Positions 18,069 to 33,400 of a DNA stretch of 64,000 bases are shown piece by piece. The notes beneath the pieces were generated by a model, which had not been told where the DNA came from, did no database searches, and saw nothing but the letters and a program-made list of their open reading frames with translations. Source of the DNA: the human T2T-CHM13v2.0 reference genome, Homo sapiens; the NCBI RefSeq assembly GCF_009914755.1, contig NC_060937.1, one strand, 5' to 3'. Position 1 is the stretch's first letter. Each line of letters opens with the position of its first letter. A program made the position numbers and the translations under genes.

Positions 18069-18510
18069 TTACATGTGATCCAGCAATTCCACTCCTAGGA
18101 ATACACAAAAGAATTGAAAGAAGGAGCATAATACTTTTCCACCAATGTCATAACAGCATTATTCACGGTAACCAAAATATGGAAACAACCCAAGTGTCCA
18201 TCAATAGACAAATTAGATAAAAAATATTGGAATATAATCCAATGGAATAGTAGCCAGCCATAAAAAGAAATGAAAGTCTGATACATGCTACAGTGTTCAT
18301 GCTACATATGAAAACATTATGCTAAGTGAAATAAGTCAGCTACAAAAGGATAAATATTGTGTGATTCCACTTATATGGGATACCGATAACCGGCAAATTC
18401 ATAGACAGAAAGTAGAATAGAGCTTTCCAGGAGCTGGAGGTAAGGGGAAAAGGGAAGTTACTGTTTAATGAATACAGAGTTTCTGTGTGTTATGAAAAAG
18501 TTCTGGAAAT

Positions 18511-18716
18511 CACTAGTCTACTCTCTACTTCTAGGATACGAACTTTTCTAGATTCCACATGTGAGATCATGCACTATATGTCTTTCTGTGCTTTTGCATA
18601 TTTCACTTAGCATGTCCTTTAGGTTCATCTATGTTATGGAACGTCACACTGTACCCCATAAATACATAGAGTTATGTATCAATTAAAAACAAAGCATAAA
18701 AAATGTTTTTTAAAAA
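18511..18716. mobile_element. Short 5'-inverted L1MA-type insertion
   Basis: Antisense L1 3'UTR piece followed by a sense terminus; TTCTGGAAAT direct repeats at 18501 and 18717. Confidence 0.7.
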
Positions 18717-18849
18717 TTCTGGAAATGCATAGTGGGGATGGTGTACAACACTGTGAATATACTTAATGTCACTGAATTGTATACTTAAAATAGTTAAAAT
18801 AATAAATTTTATGTTATGTGTATTTTCCCATGATAAAAAACATTTGCAA

Positions 18850-19252
<403 letters not shown>

Positions 19253-20170
19253 CTACATGCCCACTCCTGACCATGCATGTGCCAGAATCATGCTCAAGCC
19301 CATAACCACCTGGCCAGTCAGGCTCCCTCACTCTTCACCTGCGTTCTCCTTTCTCCCCAGGAGTTCCCCTTGCCTGATGCTTCCACCCTCCTTTTATGTC
19401 CCTAACTGTCCCTCTGCCTGTGATGAGGGGATTGTCTAGCATGCTCTACTCTCACCCTCTGGCTTAGGTCCCCTTCCTGTAGGGGCTTTGCTGCCCTGTT
19501 TGTCAACACCTGCATTGGGTGAGGGCGTGTGTGATGCACCTTCTCTGCCTGTTACCATCCCCAGGTGCCCAGCACACATATATCATATCACAACGGTGGA
19601 AGTCAGGCTGAGGGCACTGTTGAAATCACATTCTCTTCTTTTCAATAGATTCCAACTTTTGTGAAAAAAAAGTGATACTTAAATTTGGGAGGAAGTGATA
19701 AATTTACCATATTCTTCATCTGTAGCAAATGCTAATAAAAAATTTCAACACATGTATGGTGAAGAATACTGCATGATGTATACTGGTTGGAGATAACTGT
19801 GTCTTGGTGACATGTCTCTATTTCAGGGATAGAAATTGTTGGGTCCATGTACTCTGCCCACTCCCTCCAATACAAGTGAGTCTTCAAAGCAGCCTCAAAA
19901 ATAACTAGTTGTTACAAAACTTATTGAACCATAATATGATTCTTCATTACTAAAGAACAACAAACTGTAATAGGCTCCACTGGAGAAGGCATTACCTTCA
20001 GGCGAAAATCTTTTAATATAATAAATGCATTTTCTTGGTAATGTGTCCTGTACACCCTGACATTTCAAATATTCATTTAGCATAATAGTGATTCCACTAA
20101 GAGCAAATAAGCCTAGTGCTATTTAGACATATCAGCTATCAGAAAAATATTCAGGGAAGCAAATTCTTTT

Positions 20171-20450
20171 TTTTTTTTTTTTTTTTTTTTTTGAGATGGA
20201 GTCTCGCTCTGTTGCCCAGCCTGGAGTGCAGTGGTGCGATCTCGGCTCACTGCAAGCTCCACCTCCTGGGTTCACGCCATTCTTCTTCTGCCTCAGCCTC
20301 CTGAGTAGCTGGGACTACAGGCGCCCACTGCCATACCCGGCTAATTTTTTGTATTTTTAGTAGAGATGGGGTTTCACTGTGTTAGCCAGGATGGTCTCAA
20401 TCTCCTGACCTCGTGATGTACCTGCCTTGGCCTCCCAAAGTGCTGGGATT
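20171..20450 (-). mobile_element. AluY, 5'-truncated by ~26 nt
   Basis: gcaagctcc, ttcacgccatt, gttagccaggatgg; TSD AGCAAATTCTTTT at 20158 and 20451. Confidence 0.94.
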
Positions 20451-20474
20451 AGCAAATTCTTTTATGCATGCACG

Positions 20475-21056
20475 TGTGAACCCAAAAGTATCTGAAATAA
20501 GTCTCAATCAAATTAGAAAGTTTATTTTGCCAAGGTTAAGGACATACCCATGACACAGCCTCAGGATGACATGTGCCCACAGTGGTTGGGGTACAGCTTG
20601 CTTTTGTATCATTTGGGGAGACATAATACCACATCAATACATGTAAGATTTACATTGGTTTGATCTGGAAGGGTAGTCGAAGTGGGGGCTTCTAGGTCAT
20701 AGGTAGATTTAAAAATTTTCTGATTAACAATTGGTTGAAAGAGTTATTATCAATAGAAAGGAATGTCTGAGTGATGATAAGGGGTTGTGGAAACCAAGGT
20801 TTTATCATGTGGAAGAAGCCTCCATGTGGCAGGCTTCAGAGAGAACAGATTATAAATGTTTCTTATCAAGCTTAAGGTCTGCGTTGATGTTAATGCTGAT
20901 TGGTTTTTCCTGAATTCCAAAGAGGAGTAAGTTATAACCCCCTTCCGCATCATGGTCTGAACTAGTTTTTCAGGTTAACTTTGGAATGCCTTTGCCCAAG
21001 AAGAGGGGTACATTCAGATGGTTGGGGGGGCTTAGAATTTTATTTTTTGGTTCACA
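20475..21056 (-). mobile_element. MER4-group (ERV1) solo LTR, MER4B-like
   Basis: Inverted termini TGTGAACC...GGTTCACA; 4-bp TSD CACG/CATG; agtttattttgccaaggttaaggac. Confidence 0.85.
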
Positions 21057-22249
21057 CATGCATTCCACAAATATTAACAATATTAACAAGTATTGAGTAC
21101 TATGTGTCAAGCATTGTTCTAGGTACTAGGGTTACAGGGTTAAAGAACTGTGGGTGGTTATTAGGTTTTTTCTTTCCTTTCTATTCTTTAAGCTTATATT
21201 TGTTTTTTTATCTGAAGTATTATTGACCCAAGGCCCTCTTAAACTCTAATTTTCAAGTTTTTCAAGGGTGGCCAACAAGGCCATACGCTATAGGGATACA
21301 TATCCTATCATTTGTCCAGACAGTCCTACTTCTCTTTCTTAGGAAGTTTCTCTGATTCTTTGATACAGTTTTCCACGTCTACCTCAAACAATGTGCATAG
21401 ATAAAACTTTGTAGAAAAAAAAATCTTTATTAAACTGTAATGCAATTTGTGTATCCAAAATAGAATTGACTGCTCTTCTTTTCTCTTTATGAAGCTTTAT
21501 CAGGAAACCTAACTAATCACTAGAATTCTGAAATTTGAATATGTATAATCTGTTAACTTTGGCTTATGTGAATTATAGGGCATTAGGGAAATTAGCTTTA
21601 CAATCTTACTTGCAGAAGAATATTCAATTTTCTTTCAGTCTCAGCTGTATCCATTGGAAATTGGCTATAGGGATTTCAACAAAAAGGAAATCTATGATTA
21701 TTGCATTAGGATTTATTAGAGGCAAAAAATGAGCCTATTAGTTAGGAACTACAACGTAAGTTGTATTTTGGCTGTTTATACTATAAAGCAGCTGTGGAAA
21801 ACAAGACTATCCCTGGTCCCTGGTAGAAACGGGATTTTAGAATAGCAAGATAGTTTCAGAGTCCATTGCATCCATCCCATTTGAAGTCTCCAAAGTTTTT
21901 TTCTTTTAAATGAAACCCTAGCCATCCTTAAATACAAGAATGCTAATTGGTTAAGGAGTAACTAAAAATTTGTCCAAGCACAAAGAGGTTGACTATATAG
22001 GCAACTAAAAAACTCGACATTTCTTTTTGTAGCCATGAATTTGGAAAGAAAATTTCTAATCCATATACTTTTGCAGACTTCTTGCCTTATCTTTATAAAA
22101 GGCCTGGGATTCACTATAAGACCTACCTCATGATGTGAAGATTTTGGAAGCTCTCAGCAAGAAAATAACACAAGCTCTATGGGTGCTCAATAGCAGCACA
22201 TCAACCCTACTCAGGCAATGAAAATACTGAATAGGAGCATTTCCTGGGC

Positions 22250-22707
22250 ACATTAGTTATCCTTTGGCCACTATAACAAATGACCACAAATTTAGTAGCT
22301 TAAAACAGCACACATTTATTCTCTTCACAGTTCTGGAGTTCCAAATCCCAGGATAGGTCTTTTAGGGCTCCAACATCATGGCATCCATAGGGCTGGTTCC
22401 TTCTGAATCCCCCGGGAAGAATCTGCTCCTTGCTTCTTCCAGCTTTAGAGGGTGGCCACATTCCTTGGCCCATCACCACTTCCTCCCATCACTTCAATCT
22501 CTTGCTTTGATACTCAACATTTCTTATTGTTCCTTCTTACGAGGTTATTCCTGTGATTACACTGAGCCCACCCATATAGCATCCCCAACTCAAGATCCTT
22601 AATTAATCACATCAACCAAGTCTTTTAACATGTAAGGTAACATTCCTTACAGGTACCAGGGATTAGGGCGTGGGCACTTTTGGGGTGCCATTATTCAGCC
22701 TACCACA
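22250..22707 (-). mobile_element. MLT1C/D-like MaLR LTR
   Basis: taacaaatgaccacaaatttagtagcttaaaacag...attattcagcctaccaca. Confidence 0.82.
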
Positions 22708-23359
22708 CTAGGCAATTTCAGGCCAGTCACTTAACTATTGCAAACCTCTCAAATGAAGAAAAAAAAATGAAAGAAGACATTTTGTATAACCCTGGATGGA
22801 TGATACAACATTAGCAGCTAATGCCACCTAGTTCTGTGGATCCATGAAAACATTACCCCAATCAGAAGAATCTGCATCACTCCTTACACCAGTCTGTTCT
22901 CTCCCGAATGTAAACTCAGGAAGGCAGACCACCCCACTTATAAGTAGTTGTTGAATAAAGTCAAGTAAAAAAAGCAATTGTTGCTACATACTATTGCATC
23001 CTCTCCTCCTATTTTGTGGATTAAATACATCAACAATATCTTTCTGGTATATTCTTTGGCACAATATTTCATTAACACGCAATTATAGTTTGTTCCATAT
23101 TTAGGGCCACATACCTGACCTACCAATCCAAACTGTCATTGTGTAATTCTTCCTAAATATCCTGGCATCCCTCTTTATTCAAGAAACCATAAAGCACAAC
23201 ACAAAGTATGGCCATAACCTGCTACCATTATTAATCTTTACTATACAGCTTTGCTCTTTGACCTCTACCTATTTTGATCTGCAATTAACCCATACAAGGC
23301 CTGAGAAGAGTTGAGAGACAGATCCTCAGGCTGTCCAGCCTCCACCCCATCTCTGCCCT

Positions 23360-24250
23360 TATGTTTTTTTTTCTATGTTCTATTCTAGAAGATTTATAGT
23401 ATTAGCTCCCATATTTGGATCTGTGACTCATTTTGAGATAGGTTTTGTTTATGGCATAAGGTGAGGGTCAATATTTTTTCCATGTGGGTATCCAATTATT
23501 GCAGAACCATTTGTTGACATGCCTGTGCTTTTCCCATTGAATGTCTTGGTAGCTTCATGGAAAAACAATCGAACATAAATGTAAGGGTTGATTTCTGGAC
23601 TCTCAGTTCCAATTCATTGATCTAGATGTTTATCCTTAAACCATGATTTTTCTTTTCTTTTTCTTTTTTTGAGACCGAGTCTCACTCTGTCACCCAGGCT
23701 GAAGTGCAGTGGCACAATCTCAGCCCACTGCAACCTCCCTCCTGGGTTCAAGCAATTCTCCTGCCTCAGCCTCCTGAATAGCTGGGATTACAGGTGCCTG
23801 CCACTGTGCCCAGCTAATTTTTATATTTTTAGTAGACATGGGGTTTCACCATGTTGGCCAGGCTGGCCTCGAACTCCTGACCTCAGGTGATCCACCTGCC
23901 TCAGCTTCCCAAAGTGCTGGGATTACAGGCGTGAATCACTGCACCCTGCCTTTACACCATAATTTTTAATTTAAGCTTTTTATTATTTTATTCTTTCTGC
24001 TTGCTTTTGCTTTAATTCGCTTTTATTTTCCTAGTTTTAGTTTAAGTAGAGGTTTAGGCTGTTGTATTTGAGATCTTTCACCTTTTGTGATATAGGTGTT
24101 TAAGGCTGTAAATTTACCTTTAAGCACAGCTTTAGCCAAATCGTATACATTTTGGAATTTAGTATTTTTGTTTTAATTCAGCCAAAATATTTTCTAATTT
24201 CCTTTGTGATTTCTTCTTTGACCCATGGATTATTTAGGAAATGTGTTTGT
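23360..24250 (-). mobile_element. Old L1M ORF2 fragments, interrupted by an Alu
   Basis: T-rich antisense L1 motifs (tatccaattattgcagaaccatttgttga, gctgtaaatttacctttaagcac). Confidence 0.65.
23648..23950 (-). mobile_element. AluSx-like
   Basis: Reverse Alu; diverged TSD. Confidence 0.94.
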
Positions 24251-24254
24251 TATA

Positions 24255-25425
24255 TAGATAAATTACATGTCATGGGGGTTTTGTGTACAAATTTTGTCAC
24301 CCAGGTAATAAGCATAGTACACAATAGGTAGTTTTTTGATGCTCACCGTCCTCCACCCTCTACCCTCAAATAGGTCCCAGTGTCTATTGTTCCCTTCTTT
24401 GTGTCCATGTGTACTTAATGTATAGCTCACACATATAAGTGAGAACATGTGGTGTTTGTTTTTCTGTTCCTGTGTTGATTCACTTAGGATAATGGCCTCT
24501 AGCTCCATCCATGTTGTTGCAAAGGATATGATTTCATTCTTTTTTATGACTATTTAGTATTCCATGGTGTATTTGTACCCTTTTCTTTATCCAGTCTACT
24601 GCTGATGGCATCAAGGTTGATTCTGTGTCTTTGCTATTGTGAATAGTGCTGTGATAAACATATATGTGTGTGTGTATTTATGGTAGAATAATTTATATTC
24701 CTTTGGGTATATACCCAATAATAGAATTGCTGGGTAAAATGGTAGTTCTAAGTTCTTTGAGAAGTCACCAAACTGCTTTCCGCAGTGGCTGAACTAATTT
24801 ACATTTCCACTAGCAGTGTATAAGCATTTCTTTTTCTCTGCAACCTCACTAGCATCTGTTATTTTTGGACTTTTTAATAATAGCCACTCTGACTGATGTA
24901 AGATGGTCTCATTGTGGTTTTGATTTGTATTTCTTTAATGATTATTAGTGATGTTGAACATTTTTTCATATGCTTGTTGGCCTCGTGTAAGTGTTCTTTT
25001 GAAAAGTGTCTGTTAATATCCTTTGCCCACTTTTAAATGGGGTTGTTTGCTTTTTGCTTGTTAATTTGTTTAAGTTCCTTATAGATTCTGGATATTAGAC
25101 CTTTGTCAGGTGTGTTTGCAAATGTTTTCTCCCATTCTGCAGGCTGTCTGTTTACTCTATTGATAGCTTCTTTGGCTGTGCAGAAGCTCCTTAGTTTAAT
25201 TAGGTCCCATTTATTGACTTTTGTTTTTATTGCAATTGCTTTTGGCATATTTGTCATGAAATCTTTGCCAGGGCCTATGTCTAGAATGATGTTTCTTATG
25301 GTTTTTTTTCAGAGTTTTTATAGTTTCAGATTTTACATTTAAGACTTTAATCCATCTTGAGTTGATTTTTGTATATGGTGTCAGAAAGGAGTCCAGTTTC
25401 AATCTTCTGCATATGGCTATCCAGA
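24255..25425 (-). mobile_element. L1PA13-16-like 3' fragment
   Basis: ORF track gives ORF2 C-terminal peptides ([25 protein letters not shown]); 3'UTR type. Confidence 0.88.
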
Positions 25426-25429
25426 TGAT

Positions 25430-25600
25430 GTGTATGACAAGTACCTGGGGAGCTAGCTACTCTTTTTTTTTTTTTTTTTTTTTTTGCTGTCTATGTAAGT
25501 AGTAAAATGAATCTGGAAGTGACTTGTGTCTACCAGCCAAATCAGTCAAGCCTTGGCATTGGCATTGGCCTTAGCTTGCTTTGCTGTTTGTATGTGACAC
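25430..25600 (+). mobile_element. Possible ERVL LTR 3' fragment (LTR40-like)
   Basis: ccagccaaatcagtcaagccttggcattggcattggcc...tgaca resembles an LTR40 end as recalled. Confidence 0.35.
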
Positions 25601-25609
25601 ACCTGTGTA

Positions 25610-26758
<1,149 letters not shown>

Positions 26759-26980
26759 TAGAAAAAAATATGATTAAATGTGTTTCAGAAATAAAGTTAA
26801 GTAGATTTCTTTGCTGCAAGAATTAAGAGAACTTTGAAAGGCTTATATGTGATCTGAGTGTTTAAGAAAAGAGGTATGATACATTTCTTAACTATGGAAT
26901 CTGCCTTTTCTTGTGAGAGTCTCAGGAGGCACCCTTAGGAAATAGGGTAGACAGTAAACATGTACTGGGTAATAACTCTA

Positions 26981-26994
26981 TTGCCCTCTAGTGA
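26981..26994 (-). promoter_or_regulatory. CTCF-like motif
   Basis: Minus strand TCACTAGAGGGCAA versus core CCASYAGRKGGCRS (mismatches at both ends). Confidence 0.35.
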
Positions 26995-27103
26995 TAATTT
27001 GCTTGACTTCAGCCCTTAGTTGATTTCTTTGCAGAACTATTTTAATAGCCTTTTTTGCAGTTTCCTCTTCCTTCAGCTCTATTCAAGCCACGCTTCCTGG
27101 TGA

Positions 27104-27480
<377 letters not shown>

Positions 27481-29020
27481 TCAAAACATTTTTATGGTCC
27501 CATCATAATAAAAGACTCAGTTATCTCAAGAAGGAAAATGACAAGTATTGCCTGAATAGCAGTTCTTTCCTAGCTGGATGGTCTCCCAAAGCTCTCATTA
27601 GTCATTACCAAGGATGGAGTGTCTATGCTTGATCTTAAAGAGAGAGGCTTGCACCTCTTTGCCCACAATGCCAGGACAAGCTGCACAGAGAGTGGAGTTC
27701 AATAAATGTCTGGAGTTGAGTGGAATTTTATGCCACTCATGATACCATCTCTGACTTCCCTACAACCAGGCCCTGTCCCATGAGGGAGAAAAGGTATCAG
27801 GAGCAAGTGAGAAATCACTGGGGTTATAAGATGTTATGGGAGCAGGAAAAATCCTCTACCTTCTACTTAAACCTTAACATGATCATATGTCCTAGAATAA
27901 TGCGATTGCATTTCACCATTGCAATATGTCAATAGTTGTAAAATCAGCAGCAGTTGATCCAGTTTGGAAATATGAGGGTGGATGTAACACAGTGGAATAA
28001 AGAGACACGTAGGTAAGGCAGAGGGTGTTGAAAATGGTGTGTGGGTTGGGAAAGGAATTAAAGGACAGTGAAGTACTGACCAACTACGCAGCTGGTATTT
28101 GCTAGTTAATACTAAAGCTGTGAAATAAGAAAGAAAGAAATGTGATAGCATCTTGGCGATTCTTTTGGGATGAAAAACTTTTTAATACAATTTTTTGTTT
28201 TAAGCATTGGTATTTACAGAATATCATGCTCATTAACAACTTTAAAAAGTGACAAGATTAATGTACCATCTGAAGCTGATAATTAACTGGTATCATAAAG
28301 GTCTTGTAATATAGCTAAGGAGAATTGTTGAGATTTAGCCATTGAAATGTAATTACACACAAAGGTTGCAGCTTCTTTGGGGAGGTTGACTGATGGGGTT
28401 TGAAATGCCTTGAATTATTTTAAAAATCTACTTTTTGATACAAAGTGACAAATTTGAGGATATTTAAAAGTAAATGTTAAAATTTTTGAAATAGGGGCCA
28501 ATGGAAATTTTAAAACTGCTTCATGAACATTTTATTAAAATATGCAGGAGGCTACTATACAGTATCCCCGACCATGAATAATAAACAGAAATTGTCAAGA
28601 TGACTATGGTTCTGACTTATTTTAAAGCCATCAGATGTAAAGCCCGTAGATCCAAAATATGCACCTGTAAAATTCTCCCAGTGAGTTATAAAATGTAGCC
28701 TTTGATTGGTTGGGTAAAAGGCAATTAACTATTCAACCAAGCAAAATTTGAATACAGTGCTTCAGGAATAGAACTTCAGAGACCTACCACTGAATGCTTT
28801 TCTTCATGCTACAGAGTTGGATATAGCCTGGTGGCTCTCATAGTAAGATGGCTTATTCTTAGGACATTTAGATAATAACACCAGTGCCAAGGAGAAACTT
28901 GCTGGCAGGTAAGCATCATCTTGGATGAAATCACAAGGTGAGATTTGGTTCTCAGCTTTGTTAGACTCAGGAAAATAAATGTTTCAAGTTCATTTGAAGT
29001 TAATGAAATCCTGAAGGGGA

Positions 29021-29300
29021 GGCCAGGCTCACACATGTAATCCTAGCACTTTGGGAGGCCAAGGCAGGAGGATCGCCTGAACCCAGGAGTTCGAGACCAG
29101 CCTGGGCAACATAGCTAGACCATCTCTTCAAAAAAAAAAATTAGCATCGTGAGTGGCATGAAATTAGCATGTGGTGTCATGTGCCTGTAGTCCCAGCTAC
29201 TCAGGAGGCTGAGGCCAGAGGATGGTTTGAGCCCAAGACCTCGAGGCTACAGTGAGCAGCCTGGGGTGATAGTGCAAGATCCCATTCATCTCCAAAAAAA

Positions 29301-29302
<2 letters not shown>
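29021..29302 (+). mobile_element. AluJ-like with deletions and a small duplication
   Basis: Forward Alu; AAATCCTG flanks at 29006 and after the tail. Confidence 0.88.
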
Positions 29303-29379
<77 letters not shown>

Positions 29380-29500
29380 GAGGGAGGGAGGGAGGGAGGG
29401 AGGGAGGGAGGGAGGGAGGGAGGGAGGGAGGAAGGAAGGAAGGAAAGGAGGGAGGGAGGGAGGGAGGGAGGGAGGGAGGGAGGGAGGGAGGGAGGGAGGA

Positions 29501-29548
<48 letters not shown>

Positions 29549-29567
29549 AATAAATAAATAAATAAAT
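29303..29567. repeat. Compound STR (GAAA)n(GGAG)n(GAAG)n(GGAG)n(GAAA)n(TAAA)n
   Basis: Direct reading; expanded Alu tail. Confidence 0.97.
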
Positions 29568-30109
29568 CCTGGGGAGTCAATTTATTCAAACCAAAAGGGA
29601 GACTAATTCATAAACCTGAAGACCAAGTTTTTAATTTATAATGGGAGCACTGACAGGATAATGTGAGACCTACCATTTGTCATTTGCTCAGGGCATGCTT
29701 TCCTGGAATCCTCCCAGAAGACTGAATCAGAGGCTGAGCATAGAGGTAGAATAAAGGGAGTAAGATGCTGATCAGTGACTAATGTTCTTCACAACTCTGG
29801 AAACACAAATTCAAATACTGAATCCTCTTCATTAACCTGTTGTTTTCTTAGATATTTGAAGGACCTATTTGGTCTCCTTGATATATCCATTAAATTTCTT
29901 TATTAAGATTGTTTGATTAAAAAAAGTGTTTATTTTGAGATTGGTTGATCTCATCCGAATTTTGGGAATTTTCTACATTTTCGATGTTATATGGTCAGAT
30001 TTTTTGGCCTTATCCCCCAAATCTGAGATGCTTTCTTGTATGATTCAATATCTTTGCTATATATCTAGTTTTCAATTGCCAATCCAGTCTCACGTTTCAC
30101 TGACCACAA

Positions 30110-30445
30110 TAATGGCAGGTGATAAAAAAGTCAAATCTAATGATGTAACTTCCCAGCTTAAAAACCTTCCAGTGATTTCCTGTCCATGTACTACAGCCTA
30201 AACTTTTTAGCACAGAAAACCAAATGTCTCATGAGTTGACCCTTGTCTTCTCTCCAGCCATCTCTTTAGCTGTGGCCCCAGTTCCTCTGTTCTCATGCTA
30301 AGGCCATGTGAAACTTTCTTGAGATTCCTCTCACATCACATGATTTCACACTCAGCCTCCACACGCACATGCATCCTTCTGCCTGGAATGCCCTTGATTT
30401 TCCTTGCAGGCCTTGAAGTACCTTTTCTATTGAAGTCTTTTTCAA
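30110..30445 (+). mobile_element. L2 fragment
   Basis: cttaaaaaccttccagtgatttcc, ccttctgcctggaatgccctt. Confidence 0.7.
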
Positions 30446-30453
30446 TATCATCA

Positions 30454-33400
30454 TCCCACAAATAAGTGAGAACATGAGACATTTGTCTTTTCGTGCCTGA
30501 CTTATTTCACTTACCATAATGATCTCCAGTTCCATCCACATTGTTGCAAATGCAGAATCTCATTCTTCTCTTTATAGCTGAATAGTACTCCCTTGTGTAT
30601 ATATACCATATTTTCTTTATCCGTTCGTCTGTTGATGAACACTTAGGTTGCTTCCAAGTCTTGGCTATTGTGAACAGTGCTGGAACAAATGTGGGAATGG
30701 AGGTATGTCTTCAATATACTGATTTCCTTTCTTTTGAGTGTATACCCAGCAGTGGAATTGCTGGGTAATATGGTAGCTCAATTTTTAGTTCTTTTGCAGA
30801 ACCTCCAAACTGTTCTCCATAGTAGTTGTACTTATTTACATTACCACCAACAGTGGTCAAGGGTTCCCTTTTTTCCACATCCTCACCAGCATTTGTTATC
30901 GCCTGTCTTTTGGATATAAGCCATTTTAACTGGGGTGAGAAGATATCTCATTGTAGTTTTGATTTGCATTTCTCTGATGAGCAATGAGGTTGAGCACCTT
31001 TTCATATGCCTGTTTGCCATTTGTATGTCTCCTTTTGAGAAATGTCTATTCAAATCTTTTGCCCATTTTTTGATCAGATTATTAGATTTTTTTTTCCTAC
31101 AGAGTTGTTTGAGCTCCTTATGTGTTCTGGTTTTTAATCCCTTGTTAGATGGTAGTTTGCAGATATTTTCTTCCATTCTGTGGGTTGCCTCTTCACTTCA
31201 TTGATTGTATCCTTTGCTGTGCAGAAGCTTTTTCACTTGATGTGATTCCATTTGTCCAGTTTTGCTTTGTTTTTTGTTTGTTTGTTTGTTTTTTGTCTGT
31301 GCCAGTTGGGTATTGCTCAAGAAAGCTTTACAAATGTCCTGGAGATTTTCCTCAATGTGCTCTTGTACTAGTTTTCTAGTTTGAGGGGTCTTATATTTAA
31401 GTCTTTAATCCATTTTGATTTGATTTTTGTATATGGCCAGAGATAGTGGTCTAGTTTCACTCTTCTGCATGTGGGTATCCAGTTTTCCCAGTACCATTTA
31501 TTGAAGAGACCGTCTTTTTCCCCAGTATATGTTCTTGACACCTTTGTCAAAAATTACTTCACTGTAGGTGTGTGGATTTGTTTCCAGGTTCTCTATTCTG
31601 TTTAATTGGTCCATGTATCTGTTTTTATGCCAGTACCATACTGTTTTGGTTACTATAGCTCTGTGGTATAACTTGAAGTCAGGTAATGTGATTCCTCTAG
31701 TTTTTTTTTTTTTTTTTTGGCTTAGGATAGCTTTGGCTATTATGGGTCTTTGGGGGCTCCATATACATTTTGGGATTGTTCTTTCTATCTCTGTAAAGAA
31801 TGTCATTGGTATTTTGATAGGGATTGCATTGAATCTGTAGATTGCTTTGGGTAGTATGGACTTTTTACCAATATTGATTCTTACAATCCATAAACCTGGA
31901 ATATTTTTATATTTTTTGGTGTCCTCTTCAATTTCTTTCATCAGTGTTTTACAGTTTTCATTATTGAGATCTTTCATCCCTTCATTAAGTTTATTCTTAG
32001 GTATTTAATTTTATGTGTAGCTACTGTAAATGAGATTACTTTTCAATTTCTTTTTCACATGGTTCACTGTTAGCATACAGAAATGCTACTGATTTTCATA
32101 TGTTGATTTTGTATCCTGCAACTTTACTGAATTTGTTTATCACTTCTCACAGTTTTTTTGGTGCAGTCTTTAGGATTTTTTCAAATAAGATCATATCATC
32201 TGCAAACAAGGATAATTTGACTTCTTCCATTCCAACTTGAATGCCCTTTATTTCTTTCTCGTCTGATTTTTCTAGCCATACTTCCTGTACTATATTGAAT
32301 AACAGTGGTGGAAGTGGGCATCCTTGTTGTGTTCCAGATCTTAGAGGAAAGGCTTTCAGCTTTTCCCCATTCAGTATGATACTAGCTGTGAGTCTGTCAT
32401 ATATGGCTTTTATTATGTTGAGGTATATTCCTTGTATCCCCAGTTTTTTGAGGGTTTTTAATCGTGAAGGGATGTTGAATTTTATCAAAAGCTTTTTCAG
32501 TATCAATTGAAATGATCATATGGTTTTTGTCTTTTATTCTGTTGATATGAGGTATCACGTTGATTGATTTGAGTATGTTGAACCATCCTTGCGTCCCAGA
32601 GACAAATCCCACTTGGTCATGATGAATGATCTTTCTAATGCACTGTTGAATTATGTTTGCTAGTATTTTGTTGAGGATTTTTTTCATCAATATTAATCAG
32701 AGATATTGACCTATACTTTTCTTTTTTTGAGGCATCTTTGTCTGGTTTTGGTATCAGGGTTTTTGTCATTTACTCTGTTGATATAATGTATCACAGTGAT
32801 TGATTTGAGCATGTTGAACTATCCTTGCATCCCAGGGATGAATCCCACTTGGTCATAGTGAATGATCTTTCTAATGTATTGTTGAATTAGGTTTGCTAGT
32901 ATTTTGTTAAGGATTTTTGCACCAATATTCATCAGAGATATTGGCCTGTAGTTTTTCTTTTTTGATGTGTCTTTTCCTGGTTTTGGTATCAGGGTAATAC
33001 TGGCCTCATAGAAAGAGTTTGACAGTATTTCCTTCTCTTGTGTTTTTCAAAATAGTTTGAGTAGGATTAGTATTAGTTCTTTAAATGTTTGGTAGAATTT
33101 GGCAGTGAAGCCATCAGGTCCTCGGCTTTTCTTTACTGGGAGACTTTTTATTATGGCTTCAAGCTCATTGCTTGTTTTTGACACATTCAGGTTTTATCTT
33201 TATTCCTGGTTCAATCTTGGTAGGTTGTATGTGTCTAGAAATTTGTCAGTTTCTTCCAGATATTTCAATTTATTGGCATATAGTTGCTCACAGTAGCCAC
33301 TAATGATCCTTTGAATTTCTACAGTATCAGTTGTAATGTCTTTTTTTCCATCTCTGATTTTATTTATTTGGATCTTCTCTCTCTATTTTTCTTAGTCTGG

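Noticed and set aside
29197-29589. Low-complexity ORFs on both strands
   Set aside because: Translations of the tetranucleotide STR.
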